Below, piece by piece: positions 27,801 through 36,028 of a DNA stretch of 64,000 nt; positions within the stretch are counted from its first letter, which is position 1; every line of letters begins with the position of its first letter. Source of the stretch: a virus. The notes under the pieces are model-generated. The model had not been told where the DNA came from. It saw only the letters and a list, made by a program, of their open reading frames with translations, and ran no database searches. Position numbers and translations under genes: made by a program. The stretch covers positions 1,566 to 65,565 of IMG/VR virus record IMGVR_UViG_2888103098_000001; one strand, 5' to 3'.

Positions 27801-30080
27801 ACGATCTTCATCTCCTACGACGCACCGGCCGGCGATTTCGCGGGCGTGCTCATCTGGATGGAGACCGGCACCGGCTACGACCCGCTCGTGGTGCCCCCGG
27901 CCTACGACGGCCCGAACACGTCGGTCGCCCTGCCGGCGGTGCCGGAGACGACCTACTTCATCCGCATCGCGGGCTACGACGCCTACGGAAAGACCGGGCT
28001 GAACATCGGGCCGGAGATCGCCGCCAAGGCCACCGTCACCCTGTTCGACGGCACGCCCCCGCCGCTGCCGACCAAGCCCGTGCTCACGACCGACGCCGAG
28101 ATCGCAGCGGACGGCACCCTCACGGCTGTCCTGCGCGCCACCTGGTCCAACACGACCGGCAACTTCGCCGGCCGCTACACGGTGGCGGTGGCGCAGGATG
28201 GCGGCAGCTTCCTGGAGTTCCCCTACAGCGTCGCGGACGGCGCCCAGCCGGCCTTCGAGCTGCACGGGCTCCGGCCGGCCGTCGCGCTCCAGGTGCGGGT
28301 CCGCGCCGTCGCCGCGTCCGGGCTCGGCCAGTCCGACTGGTCGTCGGTGGCCACCATCACCACGGCTGCGAGCAAGGCCAAGCCCGACAACCCGACCGGG
28401 GTCGCCGCGGTCGGCACCTACCAGGGCGTCACGGTGAGCTGGACGGCCCCTGTGGCCAAGGACCTGGCCTGGATTGAGGTGTGGTCGATCGACCGCGTGT
28501 CGGCCGCCCAGGCCCCGCCCAGCGGCGCTGTGATGCGCAAGGTCGGGAAGGGATCCACCTTCGTCTACGACGGCACGGTGCCGGTGGGCGGCACCCGCAC
28601 GTTCTGGCTGCGCTCGGTCTCCACCTCCGGCGTGATGGCGGACGGCTATACCGCGCCGGCTGGCGCCGTGAACGCGCAGATCGGCGGCGCCCAGCTGGCC
28701 GATGGCGCGGTCACCGGGGTGAAGATCGCCGAGGGCACCATCACGGGTGACCGGATCCAGGCCGGCACGATCGAGGGCGACCGGATCAAGGCCAACTCGA
28801 TCACCACCGACCAGCTCGCCGCCGACGCCATCACGGCCGACAAGATCACGGTCGGCTCGGCCAAGCTGTCCTCGTGGGTGTCGGGCTCCGACACCACGAA
28901 GATCGAGGGCGGCAAGCTCTCGGCCAATTCGGTCACGGCCAACAGCCTGAAGATCGGTGCCCGGGGCGTGCAGCTCGTGGGCGTGTCCTTCTACGCCGAG
29001 CGCGGCGCGGCCGGCGCGCTCACCAACAAGTTCGGCTGGACCGCCGGCCAGATCCTGGTCACGGCCGACGACGGCTCGCCCAAGGCGTACGACATCCCGG
29101 CCGGGGCGGCGATCATCGACGCTGGCTACTGGTACGTGTGGTGGAGCAAGGCCCAGACTGGGAAGCTCCAGCTCGCCAAGGACAACTGGCCCGCCATCTC
29201 GAACGATGCCGAGAGCATCCTGATCGCCACCGTGTCGGGGGTGACCGGGCTGTCGGTGCTCGTCGGTGGCACCATCATCGACGGCACCCGGATCCAGACC
29301 GGCTCGATCCAGGCGGCGCAGATCGCGGCGGGCGCCATCCAGGCTGAGAAGATCGCGGCCGGGGCCATCACCGCGGACAAGATCGGCGCCGGCACGATCA
29401 CGGCCGACTTCATCTTCCTGGGGGGCAACAGCTTCCAGCTGAACGCCGCCAACCAGCTGATCCGCGTCTACGGCAAAACCAACGGCATCGAGCACGTCTC
29501 GATCGGTCAGGTCGGGGTGTTCGACGGCGACGACGCCTATGGCATCACCGTCCGTGACGGGCAGGGCCGGAACGTCCTGAAGGTCACCGATAAAGAAGCC
29601 ACGATCGAGGGCGCGTTCATCCGCGACGCCACCATCACCAACGCCAAGATCGGTGACCTCCAGGTCGACACGATCAAGATCGCTGGCAAGGCGGTTTCCC
29701 AGACCGTGTCGGCCACCTCGGATGGGCCGATTGCACAGCTCGGTATCGAGGCGCGTTCTGAGACCAGTGCCTTTCAGATCCTCGCCTTTCGGCGAGGCGA
29801 CGGCGGCCGGCCACATCCGGCGCTGGCTTCGAACGGCGAGCTGTACGTCGACTTCTCTGACAACGGCGGTCAAGCCTGGGGTAATATTGCAGGCATCGTC
29901 AACGTCTTCTCGTACCTCTATCAGCCGAACGTCAGTGGCAGTTCGCTGTTTATGATGCCTACAACTCTGGTGTTCAGCTGGGCTCCGGGGGTGAAGAAGC
30001 CGTTTCTCTTGCGAGTACGCGATAGCAACGGCGAGAACGTAGGCGGTGTCTATCTCTCTGTTACGGAGCTAGCGAAGTGA
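24810..30080 (+). CDS. Central tail fibre / host-specificity protein (gpJ-like) with Fn3 domains
   Basis: LSEGPIQGL, YTNNPGW, GRNPEE...VGC gpJ motifs; Fn3-like repeats; GxIxxxxI pentapeptide repeats. Confidence 0.9.
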   Translation: MALPLKGRKSASSQPKSATRYDDNLFGADTVELVLALSEGPIQGLKDGASSFYVGDVPLLDKGTGTPNISNFELRMLKGTNPADSIRPNLGGFASSKNVGLPLRTENQSIVAQGDKTQIDYIDIRFVVNRLLVVSTTGGEFANGMTLKLEIKPRSSAVWQIPFDNQPAPPPDTSGASNYRPGTATAGSLVNAALHETYLAPDTDPPLQANEQGAMWFITTDAHWAPRIWDGAAWQVPNGLTNSIIDGFWVWSWVDHVGDPRRAWFSPAGAAPPAGSITSFDWLLTPESGEIVYSFNDTSWVGTQTFPDTPVAAPGNVVISGLTRSNYPKEYRIPVARINEPYDVRVTRLDPPSTKDNFKDVTFESIQEVVAQVYSFPDLALAWLTIRATDTFTSLPEFTGIYRGVIIPVPSNHVFNEDTQLSEFPGLWDGTFKMAYTNNPGWHAYNLIKNSRYGKNAYYPEVPDQWDYYEFGKHCSLHGFRFNEYISEARSLNELINYVVGIAGGRYVDRGDGYSTVIWDADDQQAVAIFAPENTIEGSFNYSFTDITERKNDFKVSFKNPQLEYREDRVRVWDQNAIDVQGRNPEEFVAVGCRDAAEAVKRGRLRLATSLTEKIIVNFKTNRLGRYLQPFQVILVADDQSTNVISGRVRNPDALPAGTTRLPLRDQIYLEAGVDYAAQFTLAADGGGLRVVTYQLTVAQPGLQSELVLAQPLADELPEYAVFSIGAPKAFRITSISQADEPDQLDITAIEVNRLKWAFVDGAVELRDLTGLQTGTPSNYVFPVTEARVTPDLAPDGTFSLNVTWEESDTKLIKGYRVRQSINGQPATVLAEPAEPSTRIVSPLAAVYSIAITAVSLDGRTESAPVTVQYTVADTTTVRSVVPPADLVLVDEAEAPLFRAVNPRFAWTPSTDPMLKDHLVEVLSPAGLLVHSEAVPGLPQFSYTLAQNLAENGAALRAFTVRVRARDTTGQLSEPVTVSVTHPAPARITPVIDTISETIFISYDAPAGDFAGVLIWMETGTGYDPLVVPPAYDGPNTSVALPAVPETTYFIRIAGYDAYGKTGLNIGPEIAAKATVTLFDGTPPPLPTKPVLTTDAEIAADGTLTAVLRATWSNTTGNFAGRYTVAVAQDGGSFLEFPYSVADGAQPAFELHGLRPAVALQVRVRAVAASGLGQSDWSSVATITTAASKAKPDNPTGVAAVGTYQGVTVSWTAPVAKDLAWIEVWSIDRVSAAQAPPSGAVMRKVGKGSTFVYDGTVPVGGTRTFWLRSVSTSGVMADGYTAPAGAVNAQIGGAQLADGAVTGVKIAEGTITGDRIQAGTIEGDRIKANSITTDQLAADAITADKITVGSAKLSSWVSGSDTTKIEGGKLSANSVTANSLKIGARGVQLVGVSFYAERGAAGALTNKFGWTAGQILVTADDGSPKAYDIPAGAAIIDAGYWYVWWSKAQTGKLQLAKDNWPAISNDAESILIATVSGVTGLSVLVGGTIIDGTRIQTGSIQAAQIAAGAIQAEKIAAGAITADKIGAGTITADFIFLGGNSFQLNAANQLIRVYGKTNGIEHVSIGQVGVFDGDDAYGITVRDGQGRNVLKVTDKEATIEGAFIRDATITNAKIGDLQVDTIKIAGKAVSQTVSATSDGPIAQLGIEARSETSAFQILAFRRGDGGRPHPALASNGELYVDFSDNGGQAWGNIAGIVNVFSYLYQPNVSGSSLFMMPTTLVFSWAPGVKKPFLLRVRDSNGENVGGVYLSVTELAK

Positions 30081-30523
30081 GCGACCAGCGCGACTACAGT
30101 ACCGTTGTCGAGGCTGCGACCTACGACGAGACCGGCCGCATCACGGGTGTGGTGAAGCAGGGGATCGGCTTCACCGAGGACGCGCTCGCGCGCGGTGAGC
30201 GGCTGTTGCTCGGTGATGCCGGCTGGGATCCGGTGGGCTTCAAGACGACCCGCTACGTCGACCTGTCATCCGGGGATCCCATGATCCAGGATCGTCCGGT
30301 CCTGGCTCAGACCTTCGACCGCCCCACGCTGCCGGTGCGCCAGGAGGCGACGCTGGAGAACGTGCCGGCCTGCCGGGTCACGTTCGTGGGCCCGGTGAGC
30401 GGCACGCACGATCACCCGGGCGGCGACCTGGAAGTCGGGTTCACCGTGTCCGGCGACTACCTCATCTCGTTCGAGGCGTTCCCGAACCTGCCCTGCACCC
30501 ACCAGCTGACGGTGACGCCGTGA
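30077..30523 (+). CDS. Tail tip accessory protein (putative)
   Basis: GTGA overlap with gpJ-like gene. Confidence 0.55.
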   Translation: MSDQRDYSTVVEAATYDETGRITGVVKQGIGFTEDALARGERLLLGDAGWDPVGFKTTRYVDLSSGDPMIQDRPVLAQTFDRPTLPVRQEATLENVPACRVTFVGPVSGTHDHPGGDLEVGFTVSGDYLISFEAFPNLPCTHQLTVTP

Positions 30524-30885
30524 TCTTCGGACCCGATCTCACCGCCATCCGCGAGGCGGCCAAGAACCAGGTGATGCGCTTCTTCGTGGCGCAGGCCGAG
30601 AGCGACGGCACGCCGGCCACGCTGCGCGCCCTGTACGTGATGAAGGCCGCCGAGGCCGAGAAGGTCCTGGCCGGTGGCAGCTCGCCGCTGATCGAGGGCG
30701 AGGCGGCGATGCGCGACGTGGCGCCGGTCGTCCTGGCCCAGACCATATCGGATATGGCCAAGCAGTCGGCCGACCTCGAACTGGCTCGGATGCAGGCCAA
30801 CGTCGACATCGAGAACGCCGGGTCCGAGGCTGACGTGGTGAAGATCTTGAATAAGTTCGGACTTCTTCTTGAGATTTCCCAGTAA
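30520..30885 (+). CDS. Tail fibre assembly-type small protein (putative)
   Basis: GTGA overlap; helical protein after the tail tip genes. Confidence 0.5.
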   Translation: MIFGPDLTAIREAAKNQVMRFFVAQAESDGTPATLRALYVMKAAEAEKVLAGGSSPLIEGEAAMRDVAPVVLAQTISDMAKQSADLELARMQANVDIENAGSEADVVKILNKFGLLLEISQ

Positions 30886-30888
30886 AAG

Positions 30889-30905
30889 TTCATAAAAGTT
30901 ATGAC
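30889..30905. promoter_or_regulatory. 17-bp dyad box TTCATAAAAGTTATGAC (class B variant) upstream of RHH and lysis genes
   Basis: 14/17 identical to the 6705 box, with symmetric compensatory changes (C>A at position 4, G>T at position 14); CTATAT at 30934-30939. Confidence 0.55.
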
Positions 30906-30945
30906 TGGCCATACCGTTTACTAGCACGCATGCCTATATCCGGGC

Positions 30946-31128
30946 ATGCCCCGCGAGAAAGCAATCATGGCCTACGGCACGCAGTCAGATCGACTGCGTG
31001 CGGCTGCCATGGCGAAGCTCTCTGGTAAGTCGACCAGCGAGTGGCTGCTGAAGCAGATCCGGGACCAATACGCCGCCGTCTTTGGCGATGCTGACCCGGA
31101 GAAGATCAATGCCGGCCTCAAGCGCTGA
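30946..31128 (+). CDS. Small RHH/CopG-like DNA-binding protein (putative)
   Basis: 60 aa; LRAAAMAKLSGKSTSEWLLKQI resembles RHH helices. Confidence 0.5.
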   Translation: MPREKAIMAYGTQSDRLRAAAMAKLSGKSTSEWLLKQIRDQYAAVFGDADPEKINAGLKR

Positions 31129-31873
31129 GCGTCTGGAGAAGTGCCTGCCGTACATCTTCGCGGGTGAGGGCGGCTACACCAAGAACTCCAAAGATCCCGG
31201 CAACTGGACCGGCGGCAAGGTCGGCAAGGGTGTCCTGAAGGGCACCAAGTACGGCATCGCGGCCTCGTCGTTCCCGACGCTCGACATCGCCAACCTGACG
31301 ATGGCGCAGGCGGCCGACATCTACCGTGCGAAATACTGGACCACCGCCGGCTGCGATACGCTCCCGGATGGCGTCGACCTGCCGATCTTCGATAGCTCGG
31401 TGAACTCCGGCCCGAGCCGGGGCAAGAAGTTCGCGACCGCCACGGCGGCCATCGCCGACGCGGTGGCGCGCATCAAGGCGATCTCGGTCCAGCGCCGGTC
31501 CTTCTACCAGGGCCTCTCCACCTTCAAGACCTTCGGCAAGGGCTGGCTCTCCCGGGTCAGCACCATCGAGGCCGCCGCGGTGAAGATGGCGCTCGCTGCC
31601 GTGGGCATGAGCCCGGTGGCGGTGAACACCGCCCTCAAGGGCGAGGCCGCCGTCTCCCAGAAGAAGGTCACCACCGGCACCACCGTCGCCACCACCACGG
31701 CAGCCGGTGGCGGCGGTGGTGTGGTCACGGCCGCCACCCAGCCCGGCATCGACTGGCTGGCCATCGGGGTGTCGGCCGCAGCAGTCGGCCTCGCTCTCTT
31801 CGTCGCCCTCCACTTCATCCGTGCCCACCAGGAGCGCGCCAGCGCCTTCCTCGCCGAAGCAGCAAAGGTCTGA
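31109..31873 (+). CDS. Endolysin, glycoside hydrolase family 108 with PG-binding domain and C-terminal hydrophobic segment
   Basis: EGGY...DPGNWTGG...GTKYGI catalytic motif; FGKGWLSRV; GGAGA RBS before ATG 31109. Confidence 0.9.
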   Translation: MPASSAERLEKCLPYIFAGEGGYTKNSKDPGNWTGGKVGKGVLKGTKYGIAASSFPTLDIANLTMAQAADIYRAKYWTTAGCDTLPDGVDLPIFDSSVNSGPSRGKKFATATAAIADAVARIKAISVQRRSFYQGLSTFKTFGKGWLSRVSTIEAAAVKMALAAVGMSPVAVNTALKGEAAVSQKKVTTGTTVATTTAAGGGGGVVTAATQPGIDWLAIGVSAAAVGLALFVALHFIRAHQERASAFLAEAAKV

Positions 31874-31876
31874 GCC

Positions 31877-32494
31877 ATGAACTTCGATGGGCTGAAGAAC
31901 GTGGAGTGGGGCCCGGTTGCTGGCCAGCTCATGCGGATCGGCGCGCCGATCCTCGGCACAGTGATCGGTGGCGTCCCGGGCGCCATCGCCGGCGACCTGA
32001 TCGGCTCGCTGGCTGGCGCCATCGGTGCGCCGGACACGACGCCCGAGGCCATCTCGTCGACCCTCCAGACCCCGGCCGGCATGGCAGCCGCGGTCCAGTT
32101 CGAGGCGGACAACAAGGAGAAGCTGGAGAGCCTGGTCGAGCAGACCAAGCAGGTCCAGATCGAGCAGGAGAACCTGTCGCTGCGTGCCGAGATCACCGCG
32201 GGTGATCGGTTCCAGCGCTGGGCGCGGCCATTCAACATGTACTGCGTCGGCGCGGTCACGCTCAGCTACGGCTTCGTGTGCGTGGCCGCTGCGATCAACA
32301 CGATCGTCACCAAAGACCCGACCGCGCTCTCGCAGGTCACGGGCCTCGGTGCCTCGCTCACGACCGTGCTGATCCCGGCCGGTGCCGTGGCCGGCGTGAC
32401 GGCCTGGCAGCAGACCAAGGAGAAGCTGGCCGGCGTCATCCAGCACCCGGCGCCGGCAGCCCTCGTGCCCGGGAAGCCGGTCAAGAAGGGCTAG
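31877..32494 (+). CDS. Holin-like membrane protein (3-TM, gene-transfer-agent type)
   Basis: APILGTVIGG...GDRFQRWARP pattern with hydrophobic segments; follows endolysin. Confidence 0.7.
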   Translation: MNFDGLKNVEWGPVAGQLMRIGAPILGTVIGGVPGAIAGDLIGSLAGAIGAPDTTPEAISSTLQTPAGMAAAVQFEADNKEKLESLVEQTKQVQIEQENLSLRAEITAGDRFQRWARPFNMYCVGAVTLSYGFVCVAAAINTIVTKDPTALSQVTGLGASLTTVLIPAGAVAGVTAWQQTKEKLAGVIQHPAPAALVPGKPVKKG

Positions 32495-32531
32495 TCCAGT
32501 GGCGAGCAAGTCGCGCTACCAGCGCGGCAGC

Positions 32532-32915
32532 ATGCCCGATGTCCCTCACCACGAGCGTGAGCCGGATGTCGAGTTGCTGTCGGGCGGCCACTTCGGACCG
32601 CGGGTGGCTCAGCCCCAGCGGATCGAGTTCGATCAGGTCCATCCCCTGCTGCAGGAGATCCTTCTTAGGATCGACGATGAGGAGGCTCACAACCTCAAGC
32701 AGGGGATCAACATTCTGGTTCGCTTCGAGCCAACAGATTTCGCTCGGCTCAAGACTGTCCTGAAGCTGATCAACATCCTTTTTGGCATCGGGAGGGTTAT
32801 CAAATGGTCAGTGGCATCTTTCTTGGCCGGTCTGGCGGCGGTCGTACTGGCGGGAGAACAGCTCCAGAAAGTTTGGGGCTGGGTTTTGAACGCTCTGAAG
32901 ATGGTGAAGCCGTGA
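32532..32915 (+). CDS. Lysis-region membrane protein
   Basis: C-terminal hydrophobic segment WSVASFLAGLAAVVLAG. Confidence 0.55.
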   Translation: MPDVPHHEREPDVELLSGGHFGPRVAQPQRIEFDQVHPLLQEILLRIDDEEAHNLKQGINILVRFEPTDFARLKTVLKLINILFGIGRVIKWSVASFLAGLAAVVLAGEQLQKVWGWVLNALKMVKP

Positions 32916-33451
32916 GGCATACGGTGAATAGGGTCGCGTTCTGGACGTTCATCGCGCTCGTCGGCGGCTGCGGCGGCTGGATGGGCACGAAGATCTCGAA
33001 GAAGAGCTATCCGCTCTCGATGATCGAGCGCGTCAATCTCACGCCCGAGGTCAAGCCGGGTGATCCGATCCTGCTTGCGCAGCATGTCGACCGCCGGGAC
33101 CAGTGCGATGTGGTGGTGAAGCGCACCATCCGCACCTCGTCCGGGCAACGGATGCCGGTCAAGCAGACGTTCGAGGAGGACTTCGGTCCGCTCGGCGGTG
33201 ACAAGTATGTCTTGCCGATCCCGACCGATCCGGCTTCCGCCCTCGGCGACGCAACCATGTACTCGAAGGCCTACAGCTGGTGCTCGTGGCTCGATTACGT
33301 CGTGCCGTCCGAGGCCGAAAGCTGGACGCTCAGCTTCAGGTTCGCCGAGAACACGGTCACCGAGCCGACCCCGGCGAGCTTCACCGGCATCGGGGTCAAG
33401 GCGTCGGCCAGAAAGTCTGGTCACCAGGGGCCGGCAGCCGAAGCTCCTTAG
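32912..33451 (+). CDS. Membrane-anchored or lipoprotein-like lysis-region protein
   Basis: N-terminal TM VAFWTFIALVGGC with a weak lipobox; GTGA overlap. Confidence 0.55.
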   Translation: MRHTVNRVAFWTFIALVGGCGGWMGTKISKKSYPLSMIERVNLTPEVKPGDPILLAQHVDRRDQCDVVVKRTIRTSSGQRMPVKQTFEEDFGPLGGDKYVLPIPTDPASALGDATMYSKAYSWCSWLDYVVPSEAESWTLSFRFAENTVTEPTPASFTGIGVKASARKSGHQGPAAEAP

Positions 33452-33513
33452 ATCTTAATCACTGGCAGTAAGATCTGCTCAAGCCCATATACTTACCGAG
33501 CTTCGAGAAGATC

Positions 33514-33846
33514 ATGGCTACTAGTGCTGTCGACTACCTGATCCTCAACGTCGTGCATCGGACAAACGAGGACTGGAGCCTCGTGCTGCCGCTCGACATG
33601 AATGATCTGACCGATGCCACCGCGATCTGCACGCTGGTAAGCACCAACGGCGCCCGGATCGAGCTGCCGGTGACGGTGGACGCCGCGCAGCGGCAGCTGG
33701 TGACGGCGGCCGAGAGCGAGGTGTTCGAGGTCATGCAGCCCGGGAATTACTCCGGCGATGTGCTGGTGACGCTGTCCGGTGGGCGGGACCTGGTCACGCA
33801 CATCATCAACCTGGAGCTGAAGCGGGGGATCTCCCAGCGTGGTTGA
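33514..33846 (+). CDS. Small virion/fibre-associated protein (BppU-N-like, putative)
   Basis: Beta-rich 110 aa ending in YSGDVLVT...G; begins the fibre block. Confidence 0.5.
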   Translation: MATSAVDYLILNVVHRTNEDWSLVLPLDMNDLTDATAICTLVSTNGARIELPVTVDAAQRQLVTAAESEVFEVMQPGNYSGDVLVTLSGGRDLVTHIINLELKRGISQRG

Positions 33847-34030
33847 GATCGTCTCCACCAGCATCCAGCGCCGCGTCACGGTCAAGCGCGTCACGCGGTC
33901 GACCGCCGGTCAGGCGCCGCCGCCGGTGGCGCCGATCGAATACGTCGTCGCGAAGGTCGGGGTGCCCGGCCGGGACGGCCACGACGGACTGCCGGGTGGC
34001 CTGCCCCCATTCGGTGGCCCAGGTTCGAAG

Positions 34031-34870
34031 TTAGTGCATCGTCGGTCGCGTGACGATGGCGGGGTGAGCGAGCGGCCCTGAGCCGCTCGGTTCGGTTGGC
34101 CAGATGACGACCTCGGGCGCAGGTGGCTGGTAGCCGAGTGAGGAGTGTGGCCGGATGCTGTTGTAGTGCCTCCGCCATTGCTCGATCACGACGCTGGCCT
34201 CTTTGAGGGTGTAGAACACCTCGCCGTTGAGAAGTTCATCCCGCAGCTTCGCGTTGAAGCTCTCGCAATAGCCGTTCTCCCACGGACTGCCCGGCTCGAT
34301 GTAGGCGGTCGCTGATCCAACCGCCGCGATCCAGTCCTGAACGGCCTTGGCGATGAACTCCGGCCCGTTGTCCGAGCGGATATGCCCTGGCACCCCGCGC
34401 AGGCTGAACAGGTCCGAGAGTACATCGATCACGTCCAATGCCTTCAGCTTACGAGATACGCGGATGGCCAGGCACTCGCGTGTGAACTCGTCGATGACGT
34501 TCAGCATCCGGTACTTGCGTCCATTGTGCGTGCGGTGCTCGACGAAGTCGTAGGACCAGACGTGGTCGGGACGCTCGGGCCGTAAGCGAAGGCAGGAGCC
34601 GTCGTTGAGCCAGAGGCGCGACCGCTTCGGCTGGCGAGCGGGAACCTTGAGGCCCTCGCGGCGCCAGATCCGTTCGACCCGCTTCACGTTCACCGTCCAG
34701 CCATCGCGCCGGAGCATCGCGGTGATCCGACGGTAGCCGTAGCGCCCATACTGCAGAGCCAGGGCGACGATAGCAGCCGTCAAAGCAGCCTCGTCCTCGA
34801 CCATCACGGCGACTTTGCGCTGCGTCGAACGATGCTGACCCAGGACACGGCAAGCGAAGCGTTCGGACAC
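34031..34870 (-). CDS. IS3 transposase OrfB (rve/DDE integrase core)
   Basis: WSYDF...IDEFTRE...RSDNGPEF...NGYCESFNAKLRDE...YNSIRPHSSLGY. Confidence 0.95.
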   Translation of the reverse strand: MSERFACRVLGQHRSTQRKVAVMVEDEAALTAAIVALALQYGRYGYRRITAMLRRDGWTVNVKRVERIWRREGLKVPARQPKRSRLWLNDGSCLRLRPERPDHVWSYDFVEHRTHNGRKYRMLNVIDEFTRECLAIRVSRKLKALDVIDVLSDLFSLRGVPGHIRSDNGPEFIAKAVQDWIAAVGSATAYIEPGSPWENGYCESFNAKLRDELLNGEVFYTLKEASVVIEQWRRHYNSIRPHSSLGYQPPAPEVVIWPTEPSGSGPLAHPAIVTRPTMH

Positions 34871-34920
34871 ACCGTGCTCGGCAACGACGTAGTCGACACA
34901 AGCCCGGCGGCGAGCCGGGC

Positions 34921-35199
34921 TCAGAAGTTTCCCGAAGCTGCCTCCTTCAAAATGAGCTTCTCCAGCGTCAGGTCCGAGATCGCCCGACGCAGACGCAGGT
35001 TCTCCGTCTCCAAGGACTTCAGCCGCTTGACCTGATCACCCTTCAGACCGCCGTACTCGGAACGCCAACGGTAATACGTAACCTCGGTCACCTCGATCGA
35101 CCGGATTGCTTCAGCAACCTTGCGACCCTGCGAGACCAGGACATCGACCTGCCGCAGCTTAGCGACGATCTCTTCAGCCGTATGCTTCTTCCGTCCCAT
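34921..35199 (-). CDS. IS3 transposase OrfA (HTH)
   Basis: MGRKKHTAEEIVAKLRQVD...YYRWRSEYGG...LKSLETENLRLRR; ends at slippery GGGAAAC (34927-34933) followed by hairpin GCCCGGC-TCGCC-GCCGGGC. Confidence 0.9.
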   Translation of the reverse strand: MGRKKHTAEEIVAKLRQVDVLVSQGRKVAEAIRSIEVTEVTYYRWRSEYGGLKGDQVKRLKSLETENLRLRRAISDLTLEKLILKEAASGNF

Positions 35200-35352
35200 A
35201 AAAACATCCTCCAAATGGCCCAAAGCCATACATCAGGGAGGACCACTTTTCAGGGGGCAGGCCACGGGGACACCCGGACCGCCGGGTGACGGCGCCAACG
35301 ACCCTGGCGACCTCACCCTGCTCTTCGACAACCAGCTCATCTGAGGACCGTC

Positions 35353-36027
35353 ATGGCCAGCCTAACCACCCGCCTCTCCGATCTGACCACTCGGATCGCC
35401 ACCGAGTTCAAGTCGCTCCGCACGCTGGTCAACGGCAACGCGAGCACGAACGCCGCGCTAAAGACCACCGCCAAGGGCAACCTGGTGGCGGCGATCAATG
35501 AGATCTTCGACCGCGTGACCGGCGCCGGCACCGGCGACATGCAGAAGGCGACCTACGACGCCAATGGCGACGGCGTCGTCGACCGGGCGTCGTCGGCCGC
35601 CTCGGCGGATGCGGTCGCCTGGGGCAACGTCTCGGGCAAGCCCGCCAGCTACCCGCCGAGCGCGTTCGACGCCGCGCTGATCACCTCGGGCACCATCGAC
35701 CCGGCCCGCATCCCGGTGATGGGCTCCGGGGTCCAGGTGATGTCCCCGGGCGGCATCGCCGACCTGACGGCCGCCAACCAGAACAAGATCACTGCGGGCA
35801 CCATCGTCACGACCACGGACGGCCAGCGCTGGGTCTACTCCGGCACCGGCACGAAGACGCTGGAGGCCAGCTACGTCGTCCTGGCGGACGTGACCCCGGA
35901 GTGGGCCGCCATCGCCAACAAGCCCACCAGCATCGCGGGCTACGGCATCACCGACGCCTACACGAAGACGGACATTGGCAACCCCGACACCAACTTCGTG
36001 AGCGTGTTCGAGGCGGGGATCGCGTGA
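35353..36027 (+). CDS. Tail/head fibre protein
   Basis: MASLTTRLSDLTTRIATEFKSL N-terminus, LKTTAKGNLVAAINE motif, WAAIANKPTSIAGYGITD fibre repeat. Confidence 0.75.
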   Translation: MASLTTRLSDLTTRIATEFKSLRTLVNGNASTNAALKTTAKGNLVAAINEIFDRVTGAGTGDMQKATYDANGDGVVDRASSAASADAVAWGNVSGKPASYPPSAFDAALITSGTIDPARIPVMGSGVQVMSPGGIADLTAANQNKITAGTIVTTTDGQRWVYSGTGTKTLEASYVVLADVTPEWAAIANKPTSIAGYGITDAYTKTDIGNPDTNFVSVFEAGIA

Positions 36028-36028
36028 C

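Larger units (their letters stand above)
33997..35264 (-). mobile_element. IS3-family insertion sequence (IS407-group-like), 1268 bp
   Basis: Terminal IRs TGGCCTGCCCCC...GGGGGCAGGCCA (TG...CA); 4-bp target duplication CGGG (33993-33996 / 35265-35268); orfA plus DDE orfB. Confidence 0.95.
33839..35344 (+). pseudogene. Small collagen-like (G-X-Y) fibre-block gene interrupted by an IS3 element
   Basis: Removing 33997-35264 and one CGGG copy restores ...GVPGRDGHDGLPGTPGPPGDGANDPGDLTLLFDNQLI*. Confidence 0.8.
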
